Origin: a virus
Virus record (IMG/VR): IMGVR_UViG_3300025466_000015
Length of the DNA stretch: 64,000 nucleotides
Direction: 5' to 3' (one strand)
This document shows positions 18,031 to 27,285 of the stretch, piece by piece. The first letter of the stretch is position 1; the number at the start of each line of letters is the position of its first letter. The notes beneath the pieces were generated by a model that was given only the letters and a program-made list of their open reading frames with translations, was not told where the DNA came from and did not search any database. The translations under genes and the position numbers were made by a program.

Positions 18031-18747
18031 ATGACTGAAACTCAAATTGTCGGTGAAGTTACATTAGAACAAGAACAACCAAAACAAGATATATTACAAA
18101 CGGAATTTCATTTTCCGTCAGCTGTCTATTGGATTGAAAAACCTGAATTTTTACAAGATGCAAGGTTTATGGCTAAGCAACACCTCAATGAAGCCAAAAA
18201 AAATAAACCTAAAGATGAATTAATGAACAAGTTATTTCCAGTAACTATGTCTTCATCCTTTTTTCATGAAGAACAAGTCGGATCTCTAGTTCAATATATT
18301 GCTCACACATCATGGAATATTTTGGCTGGCCAAGGTTATGCAATGGAAAATCATGAAGTGTTTTTAATGGATTTTTGGGCTCAAGAACACCATATGAGAT
18401 CATCAAATGAAGAACACATACATGGTTTTGGTTCACAGATAACTGGTTTTTATATTCTTGATGCACCAGAAGACTGCTCTAGAATTACTGTTTTTGATCC
18501 TAGACCCGGAAAAAAACAAATTAATTTACCTGAAAGTGATATGAGTAAAGTTTCCCAAGCTTCACTTGCAGTTAATTATATTCCACAAGCAGGTAATTTA
18601 TATCTATTAAATTCTTGGTTACCTCATGGTTTTACACGACATGGTTCAGAAAAGCCTTTGAAATTTATTCACTTTAATGTTGGTACTAGATGGATTCAAC
18701 GACCTGTAGCTCAAAATGTAGCACCTAATACTGCCGAAATTGTATAA
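18031..18747 (+). CDS. putative 2OG-Fe(II) oxygenase (TIGR02466-like)
   Basis: HIH, ITGFY, FDPRP, SWLPH, IHFN motifs. Confidence 0.8.
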   Translation: MTETQIVGEVTLEQEQPKQDILQTEFHFPSAVYWIEKPEFLQDARFMAKQHLNEAKKNKPKDELMNKLFPVTMSSSFFHEEQVGSLVQYIAHTSWNILAGQGYAMENHEVFLMDFWAQEHHMRSSNEEHIHGFGSQITGFYILDAPEDCSRITVFDPRPGKKQINLPESDMSKVSQASLAVNYIPQAGNLYLLNSWLPHGFTRHGSEKPLKFIHFNVGTRWIQRPVAQNVAPNTAEIV

Positions 18748-19025
18748 TGAATCATTACACGATTAGATTTAATAAAAGCCGAGGACAACCAAATCGTGGT
18801 TCTCTACAACACGCTTGGCGTATCTTTGAAAATGGTACCAAAGAATACTTGGTCAAACATTTTAAAGTAAATGTTCCTGTTTACGATGAAGTTACAGGTA
18901 ATGGAATTGGTGGTGACGATTGGAATATGGCCTGTGATGGTGTTATTTCTTTTGATAAAGCAACATCTACAGCAACAATTAACGAAACAATATACGATGA
19001 AATTCACATACTGCCCACCTCTTGA
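18747..19025 (+). CDS. hypothetical protein
   Basis: IRFNKSRGQPNRG ... WRIFE ... DWN motifs. Confidence 0.65.
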   Translation: MNHYTIRFNKSRGQPNRGSLQHAWRIFENGTKEYLVKHFKVNVPVYDEVTGNGIGGDDWNMACDGVISFDKATSTATINETIYDEIHILPTS

Positions 19026-19653
19026 ATTACCAAACCTAGAATCTAAAACATTTGAAGATGGAAAAAGATATTATGTAACACCTGAAGGCGAGAGATTACC
19101 TTCTGTTACAACGATCATTGGTGCCATGAAGAAACAAGAGATTATGGCATGGCGGAAACGTGTAGGTGAACAAGAAGCAAATCGTATCTCACGACAGGCT
19201 TCTGGTCGTGGTACCAATGTACATACTTTATGTGAACGATACCTTAACAATGAGAAACTTGGCAACATTATGCCAGATGCCAAGGAAATGTTTACTGATT
19301 TAATTCCTTATCTGGATAAAATTGATAACATCTGGTATCAAGAACAAGCACTATGGTCACACCAACTCGGCCTTGCTGGTCGTGTTGATTGTATTGGTGA
19401 ATATGAAGGTGAACTCTCTGTTATAGATTTTAAAACATCTAAAAGAATTAAATCAAGAGATTCTATTCTTGATTATTTCTGGCAAACGGCAGCATATGCT
19501 TTGATGGCAGAAGAACTCACTGGTCAGCCTATAAATAATCTTGTTATTATCATGGCTGTTGACAATGAACAACCGATAATATTCAAAGAGAAGACTGAAG
19601 ACCATATTGAGGGTCTAATTAAGGCGATTCAATTTTATAAGGAACAACAATGA
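18997..19653 (+). CDS. PD-(D/E)xK exonuclease
   Basis: RYY, PSVTT, RGTxVH, AGRVDC, VIDFKTS, YxxQxxAY; start moved to MKFTY. Confidence 0.88.
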   Translation: MKFTYCPPLELPNLESKTFEDGKRYYVTPEGERLPSVTTIIGAMKKQEIMAWRKRVGEQEANRISRQASGRGTNVHTLCERYLNNEKLGNIMPDAKEMFTDLIPYLDKIDNIWYQEQALWSHQLGLAGRVDCIGEYEGELSVIDFKTSKRIKSRDSILDYFWQTAAYALMAEELTGQPINNLVIIMAVDNEQPIIFKEKTEDHIEGLIKAIQFYKEQQ

Positions 19654-20471
19654 AAAAACTATTTGTATTATTACTAGCTCTTGTTAGTATATCATCGTTT
19701 GCTTGGACACAACGAGCACCACAAGATCCACAAACTTGTGCTGTACATGCACCATACGGATTTCCACAATCTGTAAAACCAGTTGGTGCTATCTGCCGAC
19801 AGGCTTATTTTGTAGGTTATGATGCGCCTGCCAAGTTGCCTGAATATGTTCTATACACACTTACACCACCAAATGCACTGGGTTGTGTAGCAAGAACTAA
19901 TGCCTTTGCAGCAGACCAATCCGTACAAGGTGGTGCAAGACCAGATGACTATGCAGCTACTGGTTACGATAAAGGTCATATGAGTCCTGATGGCGACCTA
20001 TCATGGGATCCACAGGTAGAGTATGAATCATTCTTGATGACCAATATGTCACCACAGGCAGGTTCATTGAATCGTGGTATCTGGAAACTATTAGAAACAT
20101 CTGTAAGAGGATGGGCAGTTCAACTCAATCAACCATTTACAATTTATGTTGGTGGCATCTATAATGCTACTGATAAGAAGATTGGTACTGGTGTTGTAGT
20201 ACCACATGCTTTTTATAAGATTGTTATTGACCAAGCAACAGGTCAAGTTGCTGGTTGGGAATTTCCACACGTTGCACCATATCCAAACCTTGGTAATGAT
20301 TTGAAACCATTCCGTAAAGGTATTGCTCAGATTGAGGCTGATGCCGGAGTTCAATTTGCTTTCCCAGCTGGTGCAAAAGAACTACCTGTTGGTCAAGAAT
20401 GGCCTGTGGATTTTGGTAAGTTAACTGCTGCCAAGAAGGCCAAATGTGGTAATAATGCTTCGGATGACTAA
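19650..20471 (+). CDS. secreted DNA/RNA non-specific endonuclease (NucA-like)
   Basis: Signal peptide; YDKGH, ESFLMTNMSPQ, LNRGIW, VPxxFYK. Confidence 0.9.
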   Translation: MKKLFVLLLALVSISSFAWTQRAPQDPQTCAVHAPYGFPQSVKPVGAICRQAYFVGYDAPAKLPEYVLYTLTPPNALGCVARTNAFAADQSVQGGARPDDYAATGYDKGHMSPDGDLSWDPQVEYESFLMTNMSPQAGSLNRGIWKLLETSVRGWAVQLNQPFTIYVGGIYNATDKKIGTGVVVPHAFYKIVIDQATGQVAGWEFPHVAPYPNLGNDLKPFRKGIAQIEADAGVQFAFPAGAKELPVGQEWPVDFGKLTAAKKAKCGNNASDD

Positions 20472-20478
20472 ATACCGC

Positions 20479-20507
20479 TTGACAGTTTAAAAAAGGTAAG
20501 GTATAAT
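20479..20507 (+). promoter_or_regulatory. consensus sigma70 promoter upstream of tmRNA
   Basis: TTGACA-17 nt-TATAAT. Confidence 0.8.
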
Positions 20508-20526
20508 GAAGATTAAGAAACTAATA

Positions 20527-20637
20527 ATGAAATTAAATCGTGCTGAGTTTGAACATAAACTCGACAAGGTGAAAAAGTTATGGTTTAAAATTCTAAAGAA
20601 ATCTATGAAGCATAAGCACACAGAGGCCGTTAGATGA
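20527..20637 (+). CDS. small basic peptide (36 aa)
   Basis: MKLNRAEFEHKLDKVKKLWFKILKKSMKHKHTEAVR* between promoter and tmRNA. Confidence 0.4.
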   Translation: MKLNRAEFEHKLDKVKKLWFKILKKSMKHKHTEAVR

Positions 20638-20641
20638 TTAT

Positions 20642-20963
20642 GGTTGTATGAAGTAAATCAAAAAGTATTCTGGACGGGGGTGCGAATCCCCCCACCTCCA
20701 CCAAAGATATATTGCACCAATAACGCCACGGGGTTATCTAAGGACTGCAGCCTGAAAAGTACATAGTGAGAAGTACAGATAACAGCAATGTATCTTTGAT
20801 GGGGGTGCATAGTTTCGACAGGGTAACAAGTAGAGGCATGGACAACTCATCACAGAGAGATGTAAAAAGTAAATCAAAGTAACCGCAAACGACTCACGTT
20901 TCGCATTGGCTGCCTAAACGCAGACTAGGGTTCGGTGGATTCCTCGTAACAGAATATCCACCA
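20642..20963 (+). ncRNA. ssrA: circularly permuted (two-piece) tmRNA
   Basis: Acceptor piece first (T-arm GGGGG-TGCGAAT-CCCCC, CACCTCC-A-CCA ending 20703); intervening segment 20704-20800; coding piece from 20801 GGGGGTG (G3:U70 Ala pair); tag ORF 20885-20917 = ANDSRFALAA*. Confidence 0.93.
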
Positions 20964-20988
20964 TTAATTTTAATAACAAGGAGTTTGA

Positions 20989-21885
20989 ATGGGAACGATA
21001 GTAACAATTGGCCAAACGCCAATTAATGCAACATACACAGCAGTAACTGGTACAACTGGTGGTGCTGGTACAGGTGCTAAATTTGATGTAACAAAAACTA
21101 ATGGTGTTTATACAACAGTAATCCAAGCCGCAAATCTTGGTGCTGGTTATGCCGTTGGAGATACAGTTATTATTGCTGGCACATCATTGGGTGGAACAGT
21201 TGCTAATCCTGATGTGATTGTAGTAACATCAATTGCAACTGGTGGTAAAATCTCCACATTTAGTGCAGCTGGTACAGGTCAGATTGGTAATGGTTTGAAT
21301 TACACCATCATTGACGTAACTGGTGTAACATCATACAACCTAGGCGACAAGAGTTCCAATTTCACCGTTGTTAATGATACGACAAACAAAAACATTCTAG
21401 TGACATCAGCATTGATGACTGCTGTTTCTTATAAACTAGAAGGTGTTAATCGTATTGCATTTACTGATAAATCAACTGCATTTGACATTACTGGTACTGC
21501 TGGTGATGTATATGCTTTGTTGAAAGCTGGATTTGGTACAGTAAGTACAACATATGAAGGCATTGGTATCAAATTGGAAGATGCAGGTACAACAAGTGCT
21601 CAGATTTCACAAGCAATCGTGACATCTGCACCGTTCATTCTTGCTAATCCAGACATTGCTACATTTGTTAACAATGTATATACTAATGTGATGGGTGTTG
21701 CACCAACACCAACACAAGCATCACCATATATTAGTGCTTTGGCAACAGGTTCTACAACTCAGGCAGCTCTATTGAATGCAGCTGCTCATCTCACTACTTT
21801 CCAACAAACTATTGGGTTAGTTGGAGTAGCGCCAGCAACAACTGGTGTTCTAGCGGCTTCAGGTATTGATTTCATACCAGCCTAA
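20989..21885 (+). CDS. Gly/Thr-rich protein with possible S-layer-like (DUF4214-like) C-terminal region
   Basis: AAGGAG SD; RIAFTD ... AGDVYAL ... FVNNVYTNVMG resembles surface-layer-associated domains. Confidence 0.6.
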   Translation: MGTIVTIGQTPINATYTAVTGTTGGAGTGAKFDVTKTNGVYTTVIQAANLGAGYAVGDTVIIAGTSLGGTVANPDVIVVTSIATGGKISTFSAAGTGQIGNGLNYTIIDVTGVTSYNLGDKSSNFTVVNDTTNKNILVTSALMTAVSYKLEGVNRIAFTDKSTAFDITGTAGDVYALLKAGFGTVSTTYEGIGIKLEDAGTTSAQISQAIVTSAPFILANPDIATFVNNVYTNVMGVAPTPTQASPYISALATGSTTQAALLNAAAHLTTFQQTIGLVGVAPATTGVLAASGIDFIPA

Positions 21886-21908
21886 ATTCATTTAAAAAGG
21901 AAAAACAA

Positions 21909-22340
21909 ATGAAAAAAGTAATCACAACTCTTGCTCTTGCCGCTTCCGCTTTAGCAGCCAATGCTTTTGAAGTTGGTGTGGAAGGTGTACATGATTATGG
22001 TGTTCACAAAAACGGTTATCGTGCAACAACTGAAATCTATGGTGTTGACCTAAGTGCCACACACATGGGTCATTCTTATAACCGTGTTACTGTTGGTAAA
22101 GATTTTGATTTGTATAAACTAGGCAACGCCACACTCTCTGCTGGTGCTGCACTTGCATATCAAAACACTTTAGTTAGTAAAGTTCAAAATGGTTACGGTG
22201 CTGTTATTGACGCTGACGTAACAATCAAAGTGAATAAGAGAATAGATGCTGTTGTGGGTGTAGAACACTTCACAGGACAAAGCCAAGTTAAATCATTTAA
22301 CGGCAATGCAGCAACAATCGGACTAAACATCAAGTTCTGA
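21909..22340 (+). CDS. outer-membrane beta-barrel protein
   Basis: Sec signal ending ANA, amphipathic strands, C-terminal Phe (GLNIKF). Confidence 0.75.
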   Translation: MKKVITTLALAASALAANAFEVGVEGVHDYGVHKNGYRATTEIYGVDLSATHMGHSYNRVTVGKDFDLYKLGNATLSAGAALAYQNTLVSKVQNGYGAVIDADVTIKVNKRIDAVVGVEHFTGQSQVKSFNGNAATIGLNIKF

Positions 22341-22343
22341 TTT

Positions 22344-22374
22344 TAGGGTTTGGTGGGTACCTCAAAAACCCACC
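22344..22374 (+). repeat. second copy of the tmRNA 3' pseudoknot-like motif
   Basis: TAGGGTTtGGTGGgTaCCTC...ACCCACC versus 20926 TAGGGTTcGGTGGaTtCCTC...ATCCACC (17/20 identical, compensatory stem change). Confidence 0.65.
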
Positions 22375-22392
22375 CAATAAACGGGAGAACCA

Positions 22393-22887
22393 ATGAAGTT
22401 TCTTTTAATAAGAACTCTAATGGTAATGCTTTCTTTAAGTTTTTTACCATTACTCGCTAATCCACTCACCAACAATCCAATATACGAAATCAGCCAAGAG
22501 TTTAACAAACAATTACTCTGTATGGCTAAAAACATTTATTATGAAGCTGGCAAAGAACCTTATGAAGGTAAACTAGCCGTAGCACAGGTGGTTAACAATA
22601 GAGTTAATTCTCATTTGTTTCCTAAAACTGTATGTGAAGTCGTATATCAAAAGGTTAACAATACTTACCAATTCTCGTGGGTTGGAGAAAATGTATCTGA
22701 AAAGATGAACCCATATGTTTGGGAAGAATCTCTCATGGTCGCTAAGAAATCTCTTACACAGTCTAATATACATGAGTTATTGGCCAAGACTAAGGCCATG
22801 TATTTCCATGCCACCTCGGTTGCACCTGATTGGAACCTCAAGAGAGTGACACAAATTGGCAATCATATCTTTTATGCCAAAAAATAA
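22393..22887 (+). CDS. SleB/CwlJ-like cell wall hydrolase
   Basis: CMAKNIYYEA, AVAQVVxNRV, FPKTVCEVVYQ, QFSW, IGNHIFY. Confidence 0.9.
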   Translation: MKFLLIRTLMVMLSLSFLPLLANPLTNNPIYEISQEFNKQLLCMAKNIYYEAGKEPYEGKLAVAQVVNNRVNSHLFPKTVCEVVYQKVNNTYQFSWVGENVSEKMNPYVWEESLMVAKKSLTQSNIHELLAKTKAMYFHATSVAPDWNLKRVTQIGNHIFYAKK

Positions 22888-22888
22888 C

Positions 22889-22916
22889 TTGACTTTATGA
22901 TTTTATGTGATATAAT
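22889..22916 (+). promoter_or_regulatory. sigma70-type promoter
   Basis: TTGACT-16 nt-TATAAT with TGn extension. Confidence 0.65.
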
Positions 22917-22922
22917 AACAAA

Positions 22923-23156
22923 ATGATTACAAATATGCCAACCAAAACCGAAATAACAGAATTCAGCCTCTTGATTGAAAATATATCATATGAGGAGAAT
23001 CTGTCTTATATTGATTCTATTGTATACCATTGTGAACAAACTGGTATGGAGATAGAAATCGCCTCCACTCTATTAACTTCAATTCTTAAGGCTAAAATTC
23101 GAGAAGAAGCTGAAGAAGTTAATTTATTAAAGAAAACATCAAAGTTACCTATATGA
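22923..23156 (+). CDS. gp33: late transcription coactivator gp33
   Basis: FSxxIE ... YIDSIVYHCE ... EIE ... LKAKIxEEA ... NLL; position before gp32. Confidence 0.8.
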   Translation: MITNMPTKTEITEFSLLIENISYEENLSYIDSIVYHCEQTGMEIEIASTLLTSILKAKIREEAEEVNLLKKTSKLPI

Positions 23157-24421
23157 AACCTTTAAGATTTGCTTTTATTGGATCAGGTACTGCTAGTGTT
23201 ATCAGTATTTGTGCCTTATATCAAAATATCAAAGAAATAACTCAACAGGAAAAATGTTTAATACCTTTTGAAGTTTTTTGTATACATGATCCAGATATAA
23301 AAACTTTTCCTGTTGGTGAAGCTTTTGGTCCCGGACAAAGGCAAGTTATGGAAATCGTGTTAGGTTATGACTTAGAAAAAGGTGTCGATTTAGACGAAAC
23401 GAACAGAAAAGGATCTAAATCATATTGGGAAAAAAATGGCGGGAATAATTTTGAGATTTGGTATCCTGCCGAAGGTATGCATGTTAATGCTGCCAAATTA
23501 TCTCCTTGGTGTTTAAAAAAATTATCACTCAAAGAAAATTTCAAAGAAATACACGATAATATAATTGAAATAAAACAGTCCAATCATGAAGTGACATTGA
23601 TTGGAAAAAATAGTGAGTATTCTGGATTTGATTTTGTTTTTGATTGCACCGGATCACCATCAGAAAAAGAATTAAATCCGTCAAAATATAATTTGCCTAA
23701 ATTTGAATTTGTTAATACAGCACTTTTATATCAAGACTTTAAAAAATATGATGAACCGTATTCGAGCAGTTATGTTCATGAAAATGGATGGATGTTTGGC
23801 ATACCATTAAAACACAGAAAGACTTACGGTTATTGTTACAATAAAAATATGACAAGTTATGATGATGCGTTGAATAATTTTCAAGACACTTTAAAAAATT
23901 ATGTGAATATTGAAAATATAAATGTTGATGAAATTAAAAAATTGTCGTGGAAACAATACTACAAAAAAGATTTAGCGGACAATAGAGTATTAACTTTAGG
24001 CAATAAACTTTATTTGTTTGATCCTCATATGGGTCTTGCTGCTCATTTTTTCATGGTAGTCGTTAGGAAATTCACAAATAATTTTTTAAAACATCATTTA
24101 TTTGATAATTTGCCTTTTGAGAACATGATAAACTCTTTGAATACTTGGTACAGAATTAGTATAAAAGAAATTGAAGCTTTGATTGCATTAAATTATGCCA
24201 CACCAAATAAAATTGATAATCATTATTGGAATGAAATTAGCCCTAAGGCACAAAATATATTGAAAGAGTGTATAACTTTGCAGAAGTGGTTTGCTGATTG
24301 TGAAATGGGAGAAAAGGATCAATTTAATTTTCATGCGGATCGACTGATGTTTTTATATTTAAATGGTTATAACGTCAAATTAAAAGATATTTTTTATGAA
24401 AAAAATTGCAATAATCGGTAG
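23153..24421 (+). CDS. tryptophan halogenase-like flavoprotein (divergent)
   Basis: FIGSGTA, VGE, FDCTG, GWMFGIPL. Confidence 0.7.
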   Translation: MKPLRFAFIGSGTASVISICALYQNIKEITQQEKCLIPFEVFCIHDPDIKTFPVGEAFGPGQRQVMEIVLGYDLEKGVDLDETNRKGSKSYWEKNGGNNFEIWYPAEGMHVNAAKLSPWCLKKLSLKENFKEIHDNIIEIKQSNHEVTLIGKNSEYSGFDFVFDCTGSPSEKELNPSKYNLPKFEFVNTALLYQDFKKYDEPYSSSYVHENGWMFGIPLKHRKTYGYCYNKNMTSYDDALNNFQDTLKNYVNIENINVDEIKKLSWKQYYKKDLADNRVLTLGNKLYLFDPHMGLAAHFFMVVVRKFTNNFLKHHLFDNLPFENMINSLNTWYRISIKEIEALIALNYATPNKIDNHYWNEISPKAQNILKECITLQKWFADCEMGEKDQFNFHADRLMFLYLNGYNVKLKDIFYEKNCNNR

Positions 24422-25598
24422 AGGGACAGCAGGCGTTCTTTCAACCGCACACTTTTCTAGGTATTGTGGCGATTGTGAAATTGAATTATATTATGATTCA
24501 AATATAAAACCTCAACCTGTAGGTGAAGGTTCAAATTTAACTTTAAGTAAATATTTGTTTGATATACTAGACTTCAAACATTCAGAATTACCTCTGATTG
24601 ATGGAACATTCAAGACAGGAGTAAAAAAAATTGGTTGGGGTGAAGGAAAAGATTTTGAACACGAGGCAACTCCGCCTCACATAACATACCATTTCAATGC
24701 TGCAGCTTTGCAAGAATACATATTAAATAAATTGAAAGATAAAATTACAATTTATGATAAAAATGTTTCGTCTGATGACATTGATTCAGATTATGTTATG
24801 GATTGTTCTGGTACACCTAAAAATTTAGATGAATTTATTATACCAGAATTTATTACAGTGAATTCAGTATATGTCACGCAATGTTATTGGGATTATCCCA
24901 GATTCTTACACACACTTAATATCACTAGACCATATGGTTGGGTTTTTGGTATACCTCTGAAGAATAGGTGTGCTATAGGTTATGTTTATAACAACAATAT
25001 TAACACATTACAAGAGGTGCAAGAAGATGTTAAAAATATTTTTGATGAATATAACTTAATACCTAGTGATAAAAATATTGCATTCAGTTTCAAAAGTTAT
25101 TATAGGAAAAATAATTTTCAAGGTAGAGTTGTTTATAATGGCAATTCATCATTTTTTCTTGAACCATTAGAGGCAACTGCTATATCTGTTATTGAAAATA
25201 TTAATCGATATTCTTATGATATATGGTTTGATAACAATTCTATCGTACAAAAAAATAATGACTATAAACATACTTTGCAAAGAATTGAATCAATGATTTT
25301 GATGCACTATTATTCAGGTTCACCATATAAAACTGCTTTTTGGCATTTTGCTCAGGATCGAGGCCGTAAGTGTATAGAAAATTCTTTGGAAAAACATCAA
25401 GAATTAAAATTGTTAATTGAAAAACCATATTCTGATATTGATCCGAATCTTTTCACTAAAGATAGGATAAAAGGTTATGGACCTGGTTATGGACTTTGGG
25501 GTATACACGGTATGCACCTAAATTTTAATAAACTTGGACTCTACGATAAACTCAAAAGAGATTTTAACTTAAACCCTTTAAACTTGGGATATGAATAA
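24396..25598 (+). CDS. tryptophan halogenase-like flavoprotein
   Basis: IIGRGTAG, VGEG, DCSG, GWVFGIPL, FFLEPLEAT. Confidence 0.8.
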   Translation: MKKIAIIGRGTAGVLSTAHFSRYCGDCEIELYYDSNIKPQPVGEGSNLTLSKYLFDILDFKHSELPLIDGTFKTGVKKIGWGEGKDFEHEATPPHITYHFNAAALQEYILNKLKDKITIYDKNVSSDDIDSDYVMDCSGTPKNLDEFIIPEFITVNSVYVTQCYWDYPRFLHTLNITRPYGWVFGIPLKNRCAIGYVYNNNINTLQEVQEDVKNIFDEYNLIPSDKNIAFSFKSYYRKNNFQGRVVYNGNSSFFLEPLEATAISVIENINRYSYDIWFDNNSIVQKNNDYKHTLQRIESMILMHYYSGSPYKTAFWHFAQDRGRKCIENSLEKHQELKLLIEKPYSDIDPNLFTKDRIKGYGPGYGLWGIHGMHLNFNKLGLYDKLKRDFNLNPLNLGYE

Positions 25599-26341
25599 TG
25601 AATGAATATTGTATCGCTTTAACCAGTCGTTATGGCAATTTTATGATGGATAAATTTGATGAGCAACAACCTGCTCATATTCAAACATATGGCATACCAC
25701 ACATTCATCAAGAAATTGATTTTGTTACCAACATAGTAGACAAACTACCTGATGGTTCTGTTTTTGTGGATGTTGGTGGTAATATTGGTTTGTTTTCAAT
25801 ACCTGTGGCCAAAAAATTGGCTGAGAAGAATGGTAAAGTCTATTCGTTTGAGGCACAAAGAATATTTTATTATATGTTGGCTGGCAATGTGGCACTCAAC
25901 AATTTGACCAACATGTATGCTTATAATCTGGCTGTATCGGACAAAGAAGAATGGTTGCAAATACCATTAGTAGATTACTTCAGTAAGAATGACTTTGGTA
26001 CTGTTACTTTTAAGGATACACCTTCAGTAGACAACACATTCATTGGTCAAGATAAGGTTAAAACCATTCTATTGGATGACTTAGGATTGGATCGATTGGA
26101 TATGATGAAGATTGATGTAGAAGGAATGGAAACAAACGTCCTAAATGGTGCCAAGAACTCTATTGCCAAGTTTAGACCTCTTGTTTTTATTGAATACTTC
26201 TTAGCTAAACCTGAAGATGGTCTCCAGGAATTCTTCATTGAAAGAGACTACAATATTTTTGTTGCCGACAGGCAAAATTGGTTATGTGTACCTAAGGAAA
26301 AGACTACATATATGCCAAAATATTTGACACAGGTTGCTTGA
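25598..26341 (+). CDS. FkbM family methyltransferase
   Basis: VDVGGNIG, YSFE, MKIDVEGME, RPLVFIE. Confidence 0.88.
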   Translation: MNEYCIALTSRYGNFMMDKFDEQQPAHIQTYGIPHIHQEIDFVTNIVDKLPDGSVFVDVGGNIGLFSIPVAKKLAEKNGKVYSFEAQRIFYYMLAGNVALNNLTNMYAYNLAVSDKEEWLQIPLVDYFSKNDFGTVTFKDTPSVDNTFIGQDKVKTILLDDLGLDRLDMMKIDVEGMETNVLNGAKNSIAKFRPLVFIEYFLAKPEDGLQEFFIERDYNIFVADRQNWLCVPKEKTTYMPKYLTQVA

Positions 26342-26366
26342 CAGGCGCCTAAATATATTATATAAT
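26338..26366 (+). promoter_or_regulatory. gene 32 promoter (sigma70 with embedded late-type CTAAATA)
   Basis: TTGACA-17 nt-TATAAT; CCTAAATA at 26348-26355. Confidence 0.75.
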
Positions 26367-26421
26367 GATACTTCGTGACAATACTCCGTTTATACTCCGT
26401 ACATACTAGAAAGGTAAAATT

Positions 26422-27285
26422 ATGGATTTCTCTAAATTGAAAACTGGCTCAGGCAACCTCGCCAAACTAAAAGCCAAACTTGATGAACTCAGCGCTTCAT
26501 CAGAAGGAACCTCCAACAAAGACAACTACTGGAAACCAGAAGTAGATAAAGCTGGTAACGGCTCTGCTGTCATTCGTTTTCTACCAGCATCTCCAACTGA
26601 TGGTGAAGACGGACTGCCATGGGTTAAAGTGTTCTCTCATGGATTTCAGGGACCTGGTGGTTGGTTAATTGATAACTGTTTGACCACCAACAATCAACAA
26701 TGTCCTGTATGTGAACACAACAACAAATTGTGGAACTCAGGTATTGAAGCCAATAAGACTGTGGCACGCAATCAGAAACGTAAGCTAAACTACACAGCAA
26801 ACATCTATGTTGTGTCTGATCCAAAGCATCCTGAGAATGAAGGCAAGGTGTTCTTGTTTAGATTCGGTAAGAAAATCTTTGATAAGATTACTGAAGCAAT
26901 GAATCCGGCATTTGAAGATGAGACACCTATCAATCCATTTGATATGTGGAAAGGTGCTGACTTCAAACTCCGTATCCGTAAGGTTGCTGGGTACCAAAAC
27001 TATGATAGTTCTGAGTTTGCATCACCAGCTGCATTGCTTGATGATGACTCTGAATTGGAAAAGATTTGGAAGTCTGAACACTCTCTCAAGGTTCTATTGG
27101 ATCCAAAAGAGTTCAAGTCTTATGATGACCTCAAAGGCAGACTAGACAAAGTTCTTGGTGATGCACCAGCACCTAAGACTACTGTTGAACAAGCTAAGGC
27201 AATGCCTAAGAAACCTGTTGATGAAGAATTGATGTCTGAAGAAGACGATGACTTGGCATATTTTGCTAAGTTAGCCGAGGAATAA
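26422..27285 (+). CDS. gp32: single-stranded DNA-binding protein gp32
   Basis: WKPEVDKAGNGSAVIRFLP, HGF, CLTT ... CPVCE, FGKKIFDKI, NYDxSEF, acidic tail YFAKLAEE. Confidence 0.97.
   Translation: MDFSKLKTGSGNLAKLKAKLDELSASSEGTSNKDNYWKPEVDKAGNGSAVIRFLPASPTDGEDGLPWVKVFSHGFQGPGGWLIDNCLTTNNQQCPVCEHNNKLWNSGIEANKTVARNQKRKLNYTANIYVVSDPKHPENEGKVFLFRFGKKIFDKITEAMNPAFEDETPINPFDMWKGADFKLRIRKVAGYQNYDSSEFASPAALLDDDSELEKIWKSEHSLKVLLDPKEFKSYDDLKGRLDKVLGDAPAPKTTVEQAKAMPKKPVDEELMSEEDDDLAYFAKLAEE

Noticed and set aside
20671-20703. Stand-alone tRNA
   Set aside because: No D or anticodon arm upstream; it pairs with the downstream 5' piece of the permuted tmRNA
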